From NCBI GenBank assembly GCA_949300485.1, contig CASGEL010000005.1, forward strand, positions 88,453-152,452: DNA of 64,000 nt, in the 5' to 3' direction. Under the pieces are notes generated by a model. The model worked only from the letters and a program-made list of their open reading frames with translations, was not told where the DNA came from and made no database searches. The position numbers and the translations under genes are program-made. Positions 19,424 through 30,447 of this stretch are shown piece by piece (the stretch's first letter is position 1; each line of letters opens with the position of its first letter). This DNA comes from an uncultured bacterium. GTDB taxonomy: Bacteria; Cyanobacteriota; Vampirovibrionia; Gastranaerophilales; Gastranaerophilaceae.

Positions 19424-20234
19424 TTTTTGTATTCCCGTTTTCTAAATATACAGAGCTTGTAGGGAAAGCAAAATCAATATCAGCCTGTCTGTATTTTTCA
19501 ATAACTTGTCCTAAAAATTCACCCCGTACTTTTAAAAATTTATCATAAGAGCCCGATTTTACATATCCTCTAAATCTTATATTTATACTGCTGTCACCAA
19601 GATCGTGGATTGCGACAGTAAATTCGTTATGTATCTCTTTATGTGCGATTGCAATTTCTTTTAATATTTCTTGGGCCTGTTTAATTTTTTCGTTCGAAGT
19701 ACCATAAGTAACTCCAAAAGATACATTTATAAATCTTTTTTTAGCGTTGGAAACGTTTGTAATGACAGCGTTTGCAGCAAGGTTATTAGGGATACTTATA
19801 AGAAAATTATCTAAATCACGAATTTTTGTAGATCTCATATTAATATCTTCGACATAACCTTCAATTCCATCTACTTTAACATAATCTCCAACTTTATAAA
19901 CATGGTCAGTCAGAATTTCAAAGCTTCCGAAAATATTTGCAAGAGCATCCTTGGCCGCCATACCAACAGCAATACCTCCGATACCAAAACCTGCAAGTAT
20001 TGATGAAATTGAATATCCCTGGCTCTGCAAAAAGCCTGTGCACGCAATAAATATAAGTACGGCTTTTAATAGTTTGGTTATTATCGGCATAAATCTTAAA
20101 AGCGGTGAATCAGATTCTTCATTTCTTATTTTATTGCTTATTTTTTTATCAAAAAAGTTTATTACTTTGAATAATATAATTAAAAGTAAAATATTAATAG
20201 CGATTGCAATTAACCCTTTTTCCCAGTTTGTCAT
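19413..20234 (-). CDS. Small-conductance mechanosensitive channel (MscS family)
   Basis: 3 N-terminal TM segments, then FKVGDYVKVDGIEGYVEDINMRSTKIRDLDNFLISIPNN. Confidence 0.85.
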   Translation of the reverse strand: MTNWEKGLIAIAINILLLIILFKVINFFDKKISNKIRNEESDSPLLRFMPIITKLLKAVLIFIACTGFLQSQGYSISSILAGFGIGGIAVGMAAKDALANIFGSFEILTDHVYKVGDYVKVDGIEGYVEDINMRSTKIRDLDNFLISIPNNLAANAVITNVSNAKKRFINVSFGVTYGTSNEKIKQAQEILKEIAIAHKEIHNEFTVAIHDLGDSSINIRFRGYVKSGSYDKFLKVRGEFLGQVIEKYRQADIDFAFPTSSVYLENGNTKIEN

Positions 20235-20347
20235 AATTTACCTCGTATTTATTTAATTATAAGATATAAATTGTTATATGAAAGTACTATGTAAATAATT
20301 AATAAAAATTTTTACTTTCGTATAAAATTTGATAGACTATATCTGTT

Positions 20348-22339
20348 ATGTATGTGTTCAAAAATAAAGAGAGTATTTTTATAAAAATATTTGTATTAGT
20401 TATATTTTTGTTTTCAGGTTTTATATTTGCGAAATTATATCAACCTCAATCAAAAACGATTAATATTTATAAACAAGCTTTAAAAGATTACGAAAATGGT
20501 AATTACTCAAATTCATATTATTTATTTTCGAAGATAAGTTATTTGTCAAAACTGAAACCCGTCGCAATATACAGGCAGGCTCTTTGTGCAAGAGCTTTGG
20601 GTGATGAAAAGTCTGAATTAAGGCGTTATCAGCAATTATTTAATAATTATCCGTCAGATAAATTAAGTCTTGAAGCTAAATATCTTGCCGGTCAGTTAGT
20701 AATAGATTCTAATCCTAATCTTGCGTTGAGATATTTTAAGTCTGTAGCTAAATCGAGTACAGATGAAGATTATAAAATTGCTTCGGAATACTATAAATCT
20801 AAAATTATTGCATCTAAAATAAGATATTCTAATAGGATTTTTTCCAGGTCAAAGATTGCAACTGTTGAAAAATCCTTTAGGGAATATTTAACTAAATATC
20901 CTGATGGTCGCTTAGCTGTTAATGCGGCTAATACTTGGAAAAAGTTTAATCCAAATATAAAATCTGTGGACGCGACACTTATTGCTCGGGCCTATTATTT
21001 TGCTCAGATGTATAATGAAGCTTTAGAAATTTTTCCTAAAACACAATTAAAAAACAGTTGGGCTATTCAGGCTGCTACAGCATATTCAAAACATGACTAT
21101 CTGAAGGTAAAAACTTTGACAGAGCAGGGTGTGGCAAAATATGCAGATAGTGTAATCAGAGATGATTATAAAATGGCTGTTGATGATTATATTTTATTGT
21201 TTGAAGACAAGGATAAATACAAATATTCTTCAAAATTATTTTCGTTAGCAAAAGGGCCTAATAAGGATTATATTTGGAATTTAAAATGTATAAATTCTCC
21301 TCAAAATGCTAAGGCTGCTTGCTATAAAGATTTATATATGAATTACCCGAATGGCGAATATGCTTCAAATTCTTTATTGCAGGTTATATTTGCGGAAATA
21401 AATAATAAGAACTTTGCAACAGCAAGGATTTTGGCAAAAGATTTTATTGAAAAGTATCCAGATTCTGAAGATTATCCTAAGGTTCTGTTTTGGGCAGGAA
21501 AGATTGAACAAAAATATTATAATACTGCAGCGGCAGTTTCATACTATCAAAATATCGTAAACAAGTATCCTGATAGCTATTATGCATATCGTGCATTTTG
21601 GCTTTTGAAAGGTGTCCCTCAATCGACTATAGCCGCATCTCTTGATTATAAACCGGTGGTTTATCCGTATAAATATCCGAATCCGAATGAAATTTTATAT
21701 AACCTACTGGAGGTAAAGGATTATGATATGATTTTGAAGTATACAAAGGATGAATTTATAAAAAGTTGGGTTGAGTATGAACGCGGTAATTATTCATCTT
21801 CTGTGATTATCGCAAGAGATGCAATGGCTAAAGCGCAAGTAAAACCAATTAAATCAGATTTGCGATGGCGTCTTGTATATCCGCAAAATTATTATAGACA
21901 GGTTAAAAATTATGCAAATCAATATAAGAATAATGATGCTTTGATGATGGCGATAATCAGAGAAGAAAGTTATTTTAATCCAGAAGCTCAAAGCGGTGTA
22001 GGTGCTATAGGGCTTATGCAGTTAATGCCTTCGACCGCACATGAAATTGGTGCTAAAAATGGTATTGATTTTAATACAAGTTACTTGTTCAATCCAGAAT
22101 TAAATATAAGACTTGGAAATTTGTATTATTCAACCATAAGGAAGATGCTTGGGAATAAAGACGTTTCAGCTATTGCGGCTTATAACGGCGGTATAGGTTC
22201 TGTAACAAGATGGAAATCAACATTAAATTATAATGATACGGATGAATTTGTAGAGCAGATTCCTTATTTTGAAACAAAAAATTATGTAATAAAAGTATTT
22301 AGAAGTTATTGGAATTATACGAGAATATATCAGCAGTGA
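20348..22339 (+). CDS. Soluble lytic murein transglycosylase (Slt-like, TPR/superhelical N-domain plus SLT domain)
   Basis: IIREESYFNPEAQSGVGAIGLMQLMPSTA catalytic motif and AYNGG. Confidence 0.85.
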   Translation: MYVFKNKESIFIKIFVLVIFLFSGFIFAKLYQPQSKTINIYKQALKDYENGNYSNSYYLFSKISYLSKLKPVAIYRQALCARALGDEKSELRRYQQLFNNYPSDKLSLEAKYLAGQLVIDSNPNLALRYFKSVAKSSTDEDYKIASEYYKSKIIASKIRYSNRIFSRSKIATVEKSFREYLTKYPDGRLAVNAANTWKKFNPNIKSVDATLIARAYYFAQMYNEALEIFPKTQLKNSWAIQAATAYSKHDYLKVKTLTEQGVAKYADSVIRDDYKMAVDDYILLFEDKDKYKYSSKLFSLAKGPNKDYIWNLKCINSPQNAKAACYKDLYMNYPNGEYASNSLLQVIFAEINNKNFATARILAKDFIEKYPDSEDYPKVLFWAGKIEQKYYNTAAAVSYYQNIVNKYPDSYYAYRAFWLLKGVPQSTIAASLDYKPVVYPYKYPNPNEILYNLLEVKDYDMILKYTKDEFIKSWVEYERGNYSSSVIIARDAMAKAQVKPIKSDLRWRLVYPQNYYRQVKNYANQYKNNDALMMAIIREESYFNPEAQSGVGAIGLMQLMPSTAHEIGAKNGIDFNTSYLFNPELNIRLGNLYYSTIRKMLGNKDVSAIAAYNGGIGSVTRWKSTLNYNDTDEFVEQIPYFETKNYVIKVFRSYWNYTRIYQQ

Positions 22340-22385
22340 TAAAATCATACTTTTGGTTTATTACATTCTTGTATAAAGTGGTAGA

Positions 22386-23261
22386 ATGAAAGTTATGAAG
22401 AAGATTGTAGTTTTTTTATCAGTTTTAATTATCAATTTGATTATATCTAATCCGAGTTATGCTATAAAAATCGGGTTATTAACACAGGTCGATCAGGCAG
22501 GTATAGGTACAAATGTTGACGGACGAATGATTGATGTTAATACAAACAAAACGGTTTGTACCGCAACTGCAATGAAGGGTTATACTCTTGTTCCATATAA
22601 AAATGAAATTGCTATATACAGCGGTGGTCATTATTATGGACTGGGTACAGGGAGTATTGTATTAAGACCTGATACAGAAGGCTATGTTAGTACAAAAGGC
22701 AAATGGTATCGTGGAAAATTGATGGTTAAAAATGATAATGGGAAATTAACTGTTATCAATGATATCGATTTAGAAAGTTATATAAAAGGTGTTGTTCCAT
22801 CTGAAATGCCTCCAAGCTGGGAGTATGAGGCTTTAAAAGCTCAAGCGATTGCAGCTAGAAGTTTTGCTCTAGCTAATCTTGGGAAACAGGCAAAATATGG
22901 CTATGATCTAAAAGATAACACAGAAGATCAAGCTTATGGCGGAGCTTCTTCTGAAACAAATATTACTAATAAAGCTGTCGAGGAAACTCATGGGCTGGTT
23001 TTAACTTATGATATGAAAATTATTTCAGCCTATTATTTTGCCTCTGCCGGCGGCATGACTAATACTTCTATTTGGGGTGGTTCTGCTCCATACCTACGTT
23101 CTGTTCCTTCTTTTGATGATGAAGTAGGTAAAAAAGGGCATGGTGTAGGCATGTCGCAGCATGGTGCTAATAATTTGGCAAAACAAGGGTATAATGCTTA
23201 TCAAATTTTGCAGTATTTTTATCAGAATGTGAAATTTGCTAAATTAAATCAAGATTCATAG
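22386..23261 (+). CDS. SpoIID/LytB domain protein
   Basis: Signal peptide. VVPSEMPPSWEYEALKAQAIAARSFAL, DQAYGG, YYFASAGG. Confidence 0.85.
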   Translation: MKVMKKIVVFLSVLIINLIISNPSYAIKIGLLTQVDQAGIGTNVDGRMIDVNTNKTVCTATAMKGYTLVPYKNEIAIYSGGHYYGLGTGSIVLRPDTEGYVSTKGKWYRGKLMVKNDNGKLTVINDIDLESYIKGVVPSEMPPSWEYEALKAQAIAARSFALANLGKQAKYGYDLKDNTEDQAYGGASSETNITNKAVEETHGLVLTYDMKIISAYYFASAGGMTNTSIWGGSAPYLRSVPSFDDEVGKKGHGVGMSQHGANNLAKQGYNAYQILQYFYQNVKFAKLNQDS

Positions 23262-23346
23262 TCTTGCTATTGTTGGGTTTTAAGCATGATATACATCAAG
23301 ATATACACTATTGTTATATTTCATGGAATTTAATATCCAAAAACCC

Positions 23347-23374
23347 TTGACAGTCTTAAAAAAAATGTTATAAT
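23347..23374 (+). promoter_or_regulatory. Near-consensus sigma70-type promoter for the HU gene
   Basis: TTGACA (23347-23352), 16-nt spacer, then TGtTATAAT (extended -10; TATAAT at 23369-23374). AGGAGG RBS at 23434-23439. Confidence 0.7.
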
Positions 23375-23445
23375 AAGTTTGTCGATTACACAAACTGCGG
23401 GAAATGGTTATTCTCTCCGTAGTAAAAGGAAGAAGGAGGTTCGTA

Positions 23446-23718
23446 ATGAACAAAGAAGAATTGGTAAAAGAAGTATCTAAAAAAGCAAAAGTTTCTCAAA
23501 AAGCTACTGCTGACATTTTGTCTGCTACTTTAGAAACTATTCAAAAAACTGTTTCTAAAGGTAAAAAAGTAACTTTAGTTGGTTTCGGTACTTTCGAAGC
23601 TCGCAAAAGAGCTGCAAGAACAGGTAGAAACCCTCAAACAGGTGCTACATTGAAAATTGCTGCAAAAACAGTTCCTGCTTTTTCAGCTGGTAAAAAATTC
23701 AAAGAACTTGTTAAATAG
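23446..23718 (+). CDS. hup: DNA-binding protein HU
   Basis: Start set at the ATG following AGGAGG. MNKEELV, GFGTFEARKRAARTGRNPQTG, PAFSAGKKFK. Confidence 0.95.
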   Translation: MNKEELVKEVSKKAKVSQKATADILSATLETIQKTVSKGKKVTLVGFGTFEARKRAARTGRNPQTGATLKIAAKTVPAFSAGKKFKELVK

Positions 23719-23741
23719 TTTTATTTGAAGAATTATATATT

Positions 23742-23785
23742 ATCCGGTAGTTATATCATTGTATGTTACTACCGGATATTTTTTG
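23742..23785 (+). terminator. Rho-independent terminator of the HU gene
   Basis: atccggtagt / actaccggat, a 10-bp stem followed by atttttt. Confidence 0.8.
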
Positions 23786-23867
23786 CTATTATCTTGTTAC
23801 AAAGGCTTGAATATTGGCTATTATCGTGCTACTATTTTTATCATAAAGACAGGGTAGTGAGGTAGTT

Positions 23868-24551
23868 ATGAAAAGTTCGACAATAAGAAGATCTACGTTA
23901 TCAAGAGAAAGTATGGAAGTTATTGAAAATCTTGTGAAGCAACAAGATGCAGAAAATGATATGGGAGAATATATCAGACCTGTTGATTATGAAAAAAGTT
24001 CTTCAGAAACAGGAAATAGTAAGGCTCAAGAGATCGATTTATTATGGCAAAATTTTAAGACTACCCAATTTAATACAAATTCTCCAACCGCATATATTTT
24101 ATTAGGTTTTTTAATAGGTGTAGTTGTTTCGTTAGTTTTAACTTTTGGTACCGGATATTATTATTCTAAATCTGGGAAATTGACTTTCAATTCTGCAGTA
24201 CCAGTTAAAAAGTCAATGACTCTTGAACAGCAAGCTGAATCAGCTCAGGAAGTTGTAGAAGCGAAAGTTTCTGTGCCTACTGAGGATGAGGTATCTCAAA
24301 CTGGTACTAACGTTTCTGTTCAATCTGAGAATTCACAAAGTACAGAAGCTGCGATTGCTGATGTGCAAAATATAGATAAGTCAAAAATGAAAAAATATAT
24401 TGTTAAATCTGGTGATACTGGAGAAAGCATTATCAAACACTATTTTGGATCTTATTCTCCAGAAAAGGCGGAGTTAATTAAGAAAGTAAATAATTTGGAA
24501 TCTCTTGATAGAATAAATATTGATCAAGAGTTATTAATTCCTGTTGAATAG
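23868..24551 (+). CDS. Membrane-anchored LysM domain protein
   Basis: One TM (AYILLGFLIGVVVSLVLTFG). C-terminal LysM (YIVKSGDTGESIIKHYFG...LIPV). Confidence 0.75.
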   Translation: MKSSTIRRSTLSRESMEVIENLVKQQDAENDMGEYIRPVDYEKSSSETGNSKAQEIDLLWQNFKTTQFNTNSPTAYILLGFLIGVVVSLVLTFGTGYYYSKSGKLTFNSAVPVKKSMTLEQQAESAQEVVEAKVSVPTEDEVSQTGTNVSVQSENSQSTEAAIADVQNIDKSKMKKYIVKSGDTGESIIKHYFGSYSPEKAELIKKVNNLESLDRINIDQELLIPVE

Positions 24552-24570
24552 TTATAAAATAGGGGTGATT

Positions 24571-26121
24571 ATGAAAATTTTGGGCAGAATATTGTCATTA
24601 TCTGTTGGACTATTAGCTTTTTCGTGTTTATCAGCCTATTCTATAGAAGAAACATGGCATAATGATTTGCGTTCAAAATTTTTGAATAATGATGCTGTCA
24701 TAATGGAAATTAATATAAGATCTTTTAATTCTAATGACGTCAATGGTGATGGTTTTATTCAAGAAAAAATGGGCGAGAAAAAGGGAACATTTATTAATGC
24801 GATTGAAAGGCTTGATGAATTAAAAAATCTTGGTGTAAACACTCTACATGTTCTTCCTATAACTCCGTCAGGTAAATTAAAAGCGTTGGGAACTGCGGGT
24901 AGTGTTTATTCTACGGCCGCATTTGATTCTATAAGCGAAGATTTATATGATAAAGAGTCTAAATTAACCTTGGAAGAGCAGGCTAAGTTATTTATAAAAG
25001 AGGCCCATAAAAGAAATATCAGGGTAATTGTAGATGTTCCGGCTTGTGCTTCATATGATTTGTATTTACAAAGGCCGGATCTTTTTGTAAGCAACCCTGC
25101 CGGAGAACCTGTTGTTCCTTCAGATTGGACTGATGTACGTTTATTATCTGTAGGTACTGAAGAAAAGATTGATTCTAATGTTTTCAGCCTATATAAGGAT
25201 TTTGTGAAATATATGATGAGTTTGGGGGTTGATGGCATAAGGGCTGATGTTGCTCATTCCAAAACAGCTGCTTTCTGGAAAGAATTGATAGAATATTCAA
25301 GAGAAAAGGATCCGGAATTTTTATGGCTTGCAGAATCTTCTGAGTCTTGGCATGATCCGATTTCCCCATATGCAGTGTTTACACCATATGATAAGTTATT
25401 AGAAGCCGGATTTGATGGTTATTATGGATCATTTTTTAATATCAAAGACTGGAAAAACGCAAAAGATTTGTATAAACAAATTTCTACAACTTTAAATAAT
25501 ACAAAAAAATTTAAAGATAAAAAAAGTGTCATTGGAAGTTTTACCACTCATGATGAGGTTAGTCCGATATTGTTAAAAGGTCCTAATTTGAGTGATATGA
25601 TAATTTGGATGAATGCAACTTTGCCGGTGAATTCCTATTTTGTAGACGGATTTCAAACAGGAGATGATTATTACTATCTTAATGGAAATAAACTCGCTGA
25701 AGAAACTTTAACAGATGATGATATGTATTTTACTCATCGCGGTAAGATTGATATTTTTAATTTTTCAAGGAAACCAGGTGGTGACAATATAGAGATCAAG
25801 AATAATTTTCTGTTGGGTAATAATGTAAAAAAGAGTATTTTGACGGTATTAAATGATGGTACTTTTACACCATTAAAAACTAATAATCAAAAAGTTTTTG
25901 CATATTCTTTTCAAAATAATATAAAGAAAGTTATTACAATAGGAAATTTAAATTTTGAAGAACCCGCTAAAGTAACTGTTAAAATTCCGAAGTTTAACCC
26001 TAAAAGGCAAAATGTTTTACCTATCAAAATTACTGAAATGCCTGATGTAAAAAGGGGGAAAGTTTCTATGACATTAAAACCTGGCGAAACAGTAGTTTTA
26101 ATCATTCATGAACTTTTATAA
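24571..26121 (+). CDS. Secreted GH13 alpha-amylase family glycoside hydrolase
   Basis: Start set at the ATG after AGGGG. Signal peptide MKILGRILSLSVGLLAFSCLSAYS. GH13 regions: RVIVDVP, GVDGIRADVAH, FLWLAES, FTTHDE. Confidence 0.8.
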   Translation: MKILGRILSLSVGLLAFSCLSAYSIEETWHNDLRSKFLNNDAVIMEINIRSFNSNDVNGDGFIQEKMGEKKGTFINAIERLDELKNLGVNTLHVLPITPSGKLKALGTAGSVYSTAAFDSISEDLYDKESKLTLEEQAKLFIKEAHKRNIRVIVDVPACASYDLYLQRPDLFVSNPAGEPVVPSDWTDVRLLSVGTEEKIDSNVFSLYKDFVKYMMSLGVDGIRADVAHSKTAAFWKELIEYSREKDPEFLWLAESSESWHDPISPYAVFTPYDKLLEAGFDGYYGSFFNIKDWKNAKDLYKQISTTLNNTKKFKDKKSVIGSFTTHDEVSPILLKGPNLSDMIIWMNATLPVNSYFVDGFQTGDDYYYLNGNKLAEETLTDDDMYFTHRGKIDIFNFSRKPGGDNIEIKNNFLLGNNVKKSILTVLNDGTFTPLKTNNQKVFAYSFQNNIKKVITIGNLNFEEPAKVTVKIPKFNPKRQNVLPIKITEMPDVKRGKVSMTLKPGETVVLIIHELL

Positions 26122-27246
26122 CTGTAATTTTTTTACGAAGTCTTTGATTGCAGAAGCTTCATGAGTTCCTACTATAAAGTTAAAGTCAGGTGATGCTTCG
26201 TTTAATTCTTCTGTCATATGTGCAAGTAGCCCAGGAATAATTATTGTTCTCGTATTAATTCGATTTTTTATATCCAGTTTTTTTAGGGTATTTGCAACAA
26301 TTTGTGCTGTGAATTTTTCTGCTGACCAGGCTGTTAACACACTCATCCCTTCTGCCGGTATAACAATAAGATATGATGGAATATTAAGGCTTTCTAACTC
26401 GTTTGCAACCGCAAAAAATGTTAATGCAAAATTTGTAGTTAAAAAGACTATAGAATTTTTGTCAGGATTATTAAATTCATATAAGTTTGATTCAACTTGG
26501 AGAGGCTTTTGCGGATCTGTATAGATATTTTGTCTTAATGTGATTAATGTTGAGAACATAGCTTCATCAAATTGTTCAAAGACAAGCATATTTGCATATT
26601 TACATATATAGTAGCTTGCTTGTGCACATGTGTTGTATAAATCCAGTTTCTCTCCCATAAAAACGCATACCGGATTAGAATAATTGTCATCTTTTTCTAA
26701 GATAGCTTTTTTACGAGTTGTAATTAACTGTTCTTTTGTTTTGTGAAAATCTTTATTAAATATTTTTATTAAATCATAAGTTTCAAATTCTTCAAGGGTT
26801 ATAGTTGGAACATTACAGATTATTGATTTATTTTTTTGATAATTTTGTAAAATTACTAAGTCAACGTGAAATATCTCATTTACACCTTTAATTTCAAATT
26901 CGTTTATTCTGTTTAGTATATTTTGATAATCCAATTTGTCACAATCAACTAAGACTGCAAGTATAGTTCTGTTTATAAATGTTTTTTCATGTCTGTACAG
27001 GACATTTTCTCCGCCTATTTTTAAACCTTTTATTTCTATGGTTTTTTGCGGATGTTTTATACTGTGAAGGTATTTTTCATTCAACTCAGCTGTTGCATAT
27101 GGGCATTTTGATAATTCAATATTTTGTTTTGCCAATTTCAAGGCAAAAGCCATGCAGGTTGGACAGCCGCATTCTTTGCAGTTTGCTTGGGGTTCTTTTT
27201 TTGCTCCCGGTAAATATTTAAATATTTGTAAGCCTGTCATTTCCAT
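26116..27246 (-). CDS. acsC: Corrinoid iron-sulfur protein large subunit-like (AcsC/CdhE family)
   Basis: N-terminal Fe-S domain LTGLQIFKYLPG..NCKECGCPTCMAFALKLA...CPY. C-terminal LRQNIYTDPQKPLQVE, TTNFALTFFAV, IPSYLIV..EGMSVLTAWSAEKF. Confidence 0.7.
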   Translation of the reverse strand: MEMTGLQIFKYLPGAKKEPQANCKECGCPTCMAFALKLAKQNIELSKCPYATAELNEKYLHSIKHPQKTIEIKGLKIGGENVLYRHEKTFINRTILAVLVDCDKLDYQNILNRINEFEIKGVNEIFHVDLVILQNYQKNKSIICNVPTITLEEFETYDLIKIFNKDFHKTKEQLITTRKKAILEKDDNYSNPVCVFMGEKLDLYNTCAQASYYICKYANMLVFEQFDEAMFSTLITLRQNIYTDPQKPLQVESNLYEFNNPDKNSIVFLTTNFALTFFAVANELESLNIPSYLIVIPAEGMSVLTAWSAEKFTAQIVANTLKKLDIKNRINTRTIIIPGLLAHMTEELNEASPDFNFIVGTHEASAIKDFVKKLQL

Positions 27247-27248
27247 GG

Positions 27249-28046
27249 CTACACCAATCCTTTCATTATGGAAATATTTTCAGGATTATTCATTATGACT
27301 ATATTGGCACCTGCAGATATAACACCTGCGCAGGCGCTGATTTCTATCATCCTTGCCCTTTTAGAAAGTTCCCCCCAGCTTTTTGAAAAATCGTTTGATT
27401 TTGCTTCTTTTGTTTTTAGTGCTTCTGTTGATGCATCAGATATAATAGGCATATTTAAATATTTATCACCTGAATTACCTTCGATATTTATTTTTTCCAT
27501 GATGCTAAAGCCATATTCATATCCGTAACCTAGCCCTCCAATGTCTGCATTTATTATCATTTTATCAATAGGCAGTCCTATCTCGGATGATAAAATATTT
27601 AATTCTTTTGCTAGATTTATATCAATCGGGCTTTTTAAGACGATATAATGTTCTTTTTTTATAATCGAGGGTATAATTGATTTATAGGTTTTTTCGTTTG
27701 CATATGATATTATGCAATTTTTTCTATCAAGTCTATTTATAAGAGCAGGAAGAAGTTCTTTATCTATTTCATCGTCTCCTGTTCCGCAAATCATGAGTGG
27801 TTTTGTTATCTTTGGAAGCTGCTTTTGTAATAAATCTACAGCATTATTAATTTCAGATTTTGAAGGTATATTAAATTTCAATGCTAATATGTCACAATCG
27901 GTTTTTTGAGCAATATTGATTAAATCCGAAGGATTTTCGGATTTGAAATATTGTTTTGATATTTCAAAATTTTCCTTCGGATTATAAATATTTATTTGTA
28001 ATGCAAAAAGTTTTGAGTTTTTAGTTATCTTAAGCTTGTCTTCCAC
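27249..28046 (-). CDS. acsD: Corrinoid iron-sulfur protein small subunit-like (AcsD/CdhD family)
   Basis: GTG start overlapping the ftsH 3' end by 17 nt. [19 protein letters not shown] and [12 protein letters not shown] resemble AcsD TIM-barrel motifs. Confidence 0.6.
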   Translation of the reverse strand: MEDKLKITKNSKLFALQINIYNPKENFEISKQYFKSENPSDLINIAQKTDCDILALKFNIPSKSEINNAVDLLQKQLPKITKPLMICGTGDDEIDKELLPALINRLDRKNCIISYANEKTYKSIIPSIIKKEHYIVLKSPIDINLAKELNILSSEIGLPIDKMIINADIGGLGYGYEYGFSIMEKINIEGNSGDKYLNMPIISDASTEALKTKEAKSNDFSKSWGELSKRARMIEISACAGVISAGANIVIMNNPENISIMKGLV

Positions 28047-29937
28047 TTTTTACTCTGTCCATAATTTGTTCAAATTCTTTATCATCGATTGTTTCTTTAT
28101 CAAGAAGTTCTTTTGATATTTCTTCAAGCATATCCCTATTTTCTGTCAGTAAACGTTTTGCCAGTTCATATCTTTCTTCAACAATTCGTTTGATTTCTTC
28201 ATCGATTTCAAAAGCAACTTGATCTGAATAATCTCTTTGGTGTCCAAAATCTCTGCCCATAAAAACATTTTCCTGATTTTTCCCATATGCCATCGGACCG
28301 AGTTTTTCTGACATACCCCAGGCTGTTACCATTTTTCTGGCGATATCCGTAACGTTTATGAGATCTTGAGATGCTCCGGTGCTTACGTTGTCTTTTCCGT
28401 AGACGATTTCTTCTGCAGCCCTGCCTCCAAGAGAAACCGCAATTTTTGCCAGTAATTTTGCTTTGCTTACATGAACGCTTTCATCTTTAGGTCTTGTCCA
28501 GGTTACCCCAAGTGCCATTCCTCTTGGAATAATAGAAACTTTATGAAGTTCGTTAGCATCAGGTAATAGTTTATCAATAAGAGCGTGACCTACTTCATGG
28601 TATGAAGTTAATTCCTTATCTGCATCAGTTAATACTTTGCTTCGTTTTTCCACCCCGGCGATAACTCTATCTATTGAACAATCAATATCTGCCATTGTAA
28701 TTTTGTCTTCACCATTACGAGCGGCTAATAAGGCTGATTCATTCAACAGGTTTTGTAAATCTGCACCGGTAAATCCTGGAGTTCTTTTTGCAAGTACTTT
28801 TAAATCAACATCTTTATCCAACTTTTTATTTCTTGCATGAACTTCTAAAATTTGTTCTCTGCCTTTAACATCAGGAGCATTGATATAAATTTGTCTGTCA
28901 AATCTTCCGGGTCTTAACAATGCATTATCAAGAATATCAGGTCTATTAGTTGCTGCGATTACAATGATATTTGTATTAACATCAAAACCATCCATTTCAA
29001 CTAACAGTTGGTTAAGAGTTTGTTCTCTTTCATCATGTCCGCCGCCAAGTCCTGCTCCACGCTGACGACCAACTGCATCGATTTCATCAATAAAGATGAT
29101 GCAAGGCTGATGTTTTTTAGCCTGTTCAAATAAATCTCTTACTCGGCTAGCACCGACACCGACAAACATTTCAACAAAGTCAGATCCTGAAATTGAGAAA
29201 AACGGAACACTGGCTTCTCCTGCAACAGCTTTAGCCATTAATGTTTTACCTGTTCCCGGAGGGCCTACAAGAAGTACTCCTTTTGGAATTTTAGCCCCTA
29301 ATTTCATATATTTTTCACCGTTTTTTAAGAAATCAACAATTTCTTCTAATTCCTTTTTTTCTTCATCAATACCAGCAACATCATTGAACGTTGTTTTAAC
29401 TTTTGAATCTAAAAGCATTTTTGCTTTACTTTTTCCAAAAGACATTGCCTGAGAGCCGCCTGCTTGTATTGCTTTTATCATCAATCCGAGAGATATAACC
29501 GCAAACAGTACTATTATAAATGTCCCGATATTTCCTGCCAGCTGATTGGTTTCAGGTGCTTTTTTTACTGTAATATCAGCCCCTGATGCGTTTAATTTGT
29601 CCATTAAATCAGGATCATTTGCGGATATTTGAACTTTATACTGATACAGGGGAGCTTGCATATTTTTATTTTCAGGTGTCAAAAATGGTGAAACTGTATT
29701 TTTGTTTTCTTTTGAAGGAGTCTGCTGTAGGGCAGGTTGATCTTTTGGAATTGCGATAATCATTTCATCATATTTTTCAATTTTTGAAAATTCTTTATTA
29801 GCTAATTTCTGTAAGAAATTAGTATAAGAAATTTCCGTAGTGCTGGTTGAAGGACCTGTCATAAATATTGTTGAAATAAAGACAAGCACAACAATAGCTA
29901 ATATTACATACATACCCATTGATTGACTTTTGTTCAT
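28030..29937 (-). CDS. ftsH: ATP-dependent zinc metalloprotease FtsH
   Basis: 2 TM segments, [20 protein letters not shown] region, HEVGHAL. Confidence 0.97.
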   Translation of the reverse strand: MNKSQSMGMYVILAIVVLVFISTIFMTGPSTSTTEISYTNFLQKLANKEFSKIEKYDEMIIAIPKDQPALQQTPSKENKNTVSPFLTPENKNMQAPLYQYKVQISANDPDLMDKLNASGADITVKKAPETNQLAGNIGTFIIVLFAVISLGLMIKAIQAGGSQAMSFGKSKAKMLLDSKVKTTFNDVAGIDEEKKELEEIVDFLKNGEKYMKLGAKIPKGVLLVGPPGTGKTLMAKAVAGEASVPFFSISGSDFVEMFVGVGASRVRDLFEQAKKHQPCIIFIDEIDAVGRQRGAGLGGGHDEREQTLNQLLVEMDGFDVNTNIIVIAATNRPDILDNALLRPGRFDRQIYINAPDVKGREQILEVHARNKKLDKDVDLKVLAKRTPGFTGADLQNLLNESALLAARNGEDKITMADIDCSIDRVIAGVEKRSKVLTDADKELTSYHEVGHALIDKLLPDANELHKVSIIPRGMALGVTWTRPKDESVHVSKAKLLAKIAVSLGGRAAEEIVYGKDNVSTGASQDLINVTDIARKMVTAWGMSEKLGPMAYGKNQENVFMGRDFGHQRDYSDQVAFEIDEEIKRIVEERYELAKRLLTENRDMLEEISKELLDKETIDDKEFEQIMDRVKSGRQA

Positions 29938-30072
29938 AAAAATAACCTTTCAAAAATATTAAACTCTCGTAGTTAAATTATACCCTAAAAAACAGAAAAG
30001 TGAAGGGTAAGGTTTATTTTATTCGTCGGAAATCATTTTTTCCTGTTCTTTTAACTCTGAGATTTTTCATAT

Positions 30073-30438
30073 CTAGTTTTTCCTTTCTATATTTTTGGAC
30101 GGAGGATTGTCCTTCAGTTTTTTTCTGCCTGAAAAATAATCTGCAACTTCTCTAGGATCTGCAGTCGAAATACACTGTCCGTTTTCAATCAAATTTTGTA
30201 ATGAAATTACACATTCCTGATATCGTTTTTCTCTTACTTTGAGTTCTACATATCCGGTTTCTTTATTTGATCTGTTGAATTGTTCGCAATAGTCAGCTGG
30301 GGTTATTCCTTCCCCCATGCATTTCCAGCCTGATACATCCTGACAGCAATAACCTCCTACTTTGTTTGCAGCATTTGCAGGCATTGATACGGAAATGGTA
30401 CATATAAAAAGCGTGAATATTAGAATGCGTTGTTTCAT
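30073..30438 (-). CDS. Small secreted Cys-rich hypothetical protein
   Basis: Signal peptide MKQRILIFTLFICTISVSMPANA and 6 Cys in the mature part. Starts 9 nt after the gcvPA stop. Confidence 0.6.
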   Translation of the reverse strand: MKQRILIFTLFICTISVSMPANAANKVGGYCCQDVSGWKCMGEGITPADYCEQFNRSNKETGYVELKVREKRYQECVISLQNLIENGQCISTADPREVADYFSGRKKLKDNPPSKNIERKN

Positions 30439-30447
30439 TTTTTTTCC

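Noticed and set aside
23404-23445. Upstream start for the HU gene (MVILSVVKGRRRFV extension).
   Set aside because: AGGAGG lies within the extension at ideal spacing to the ATG at 23446. HU proteins start MNK....
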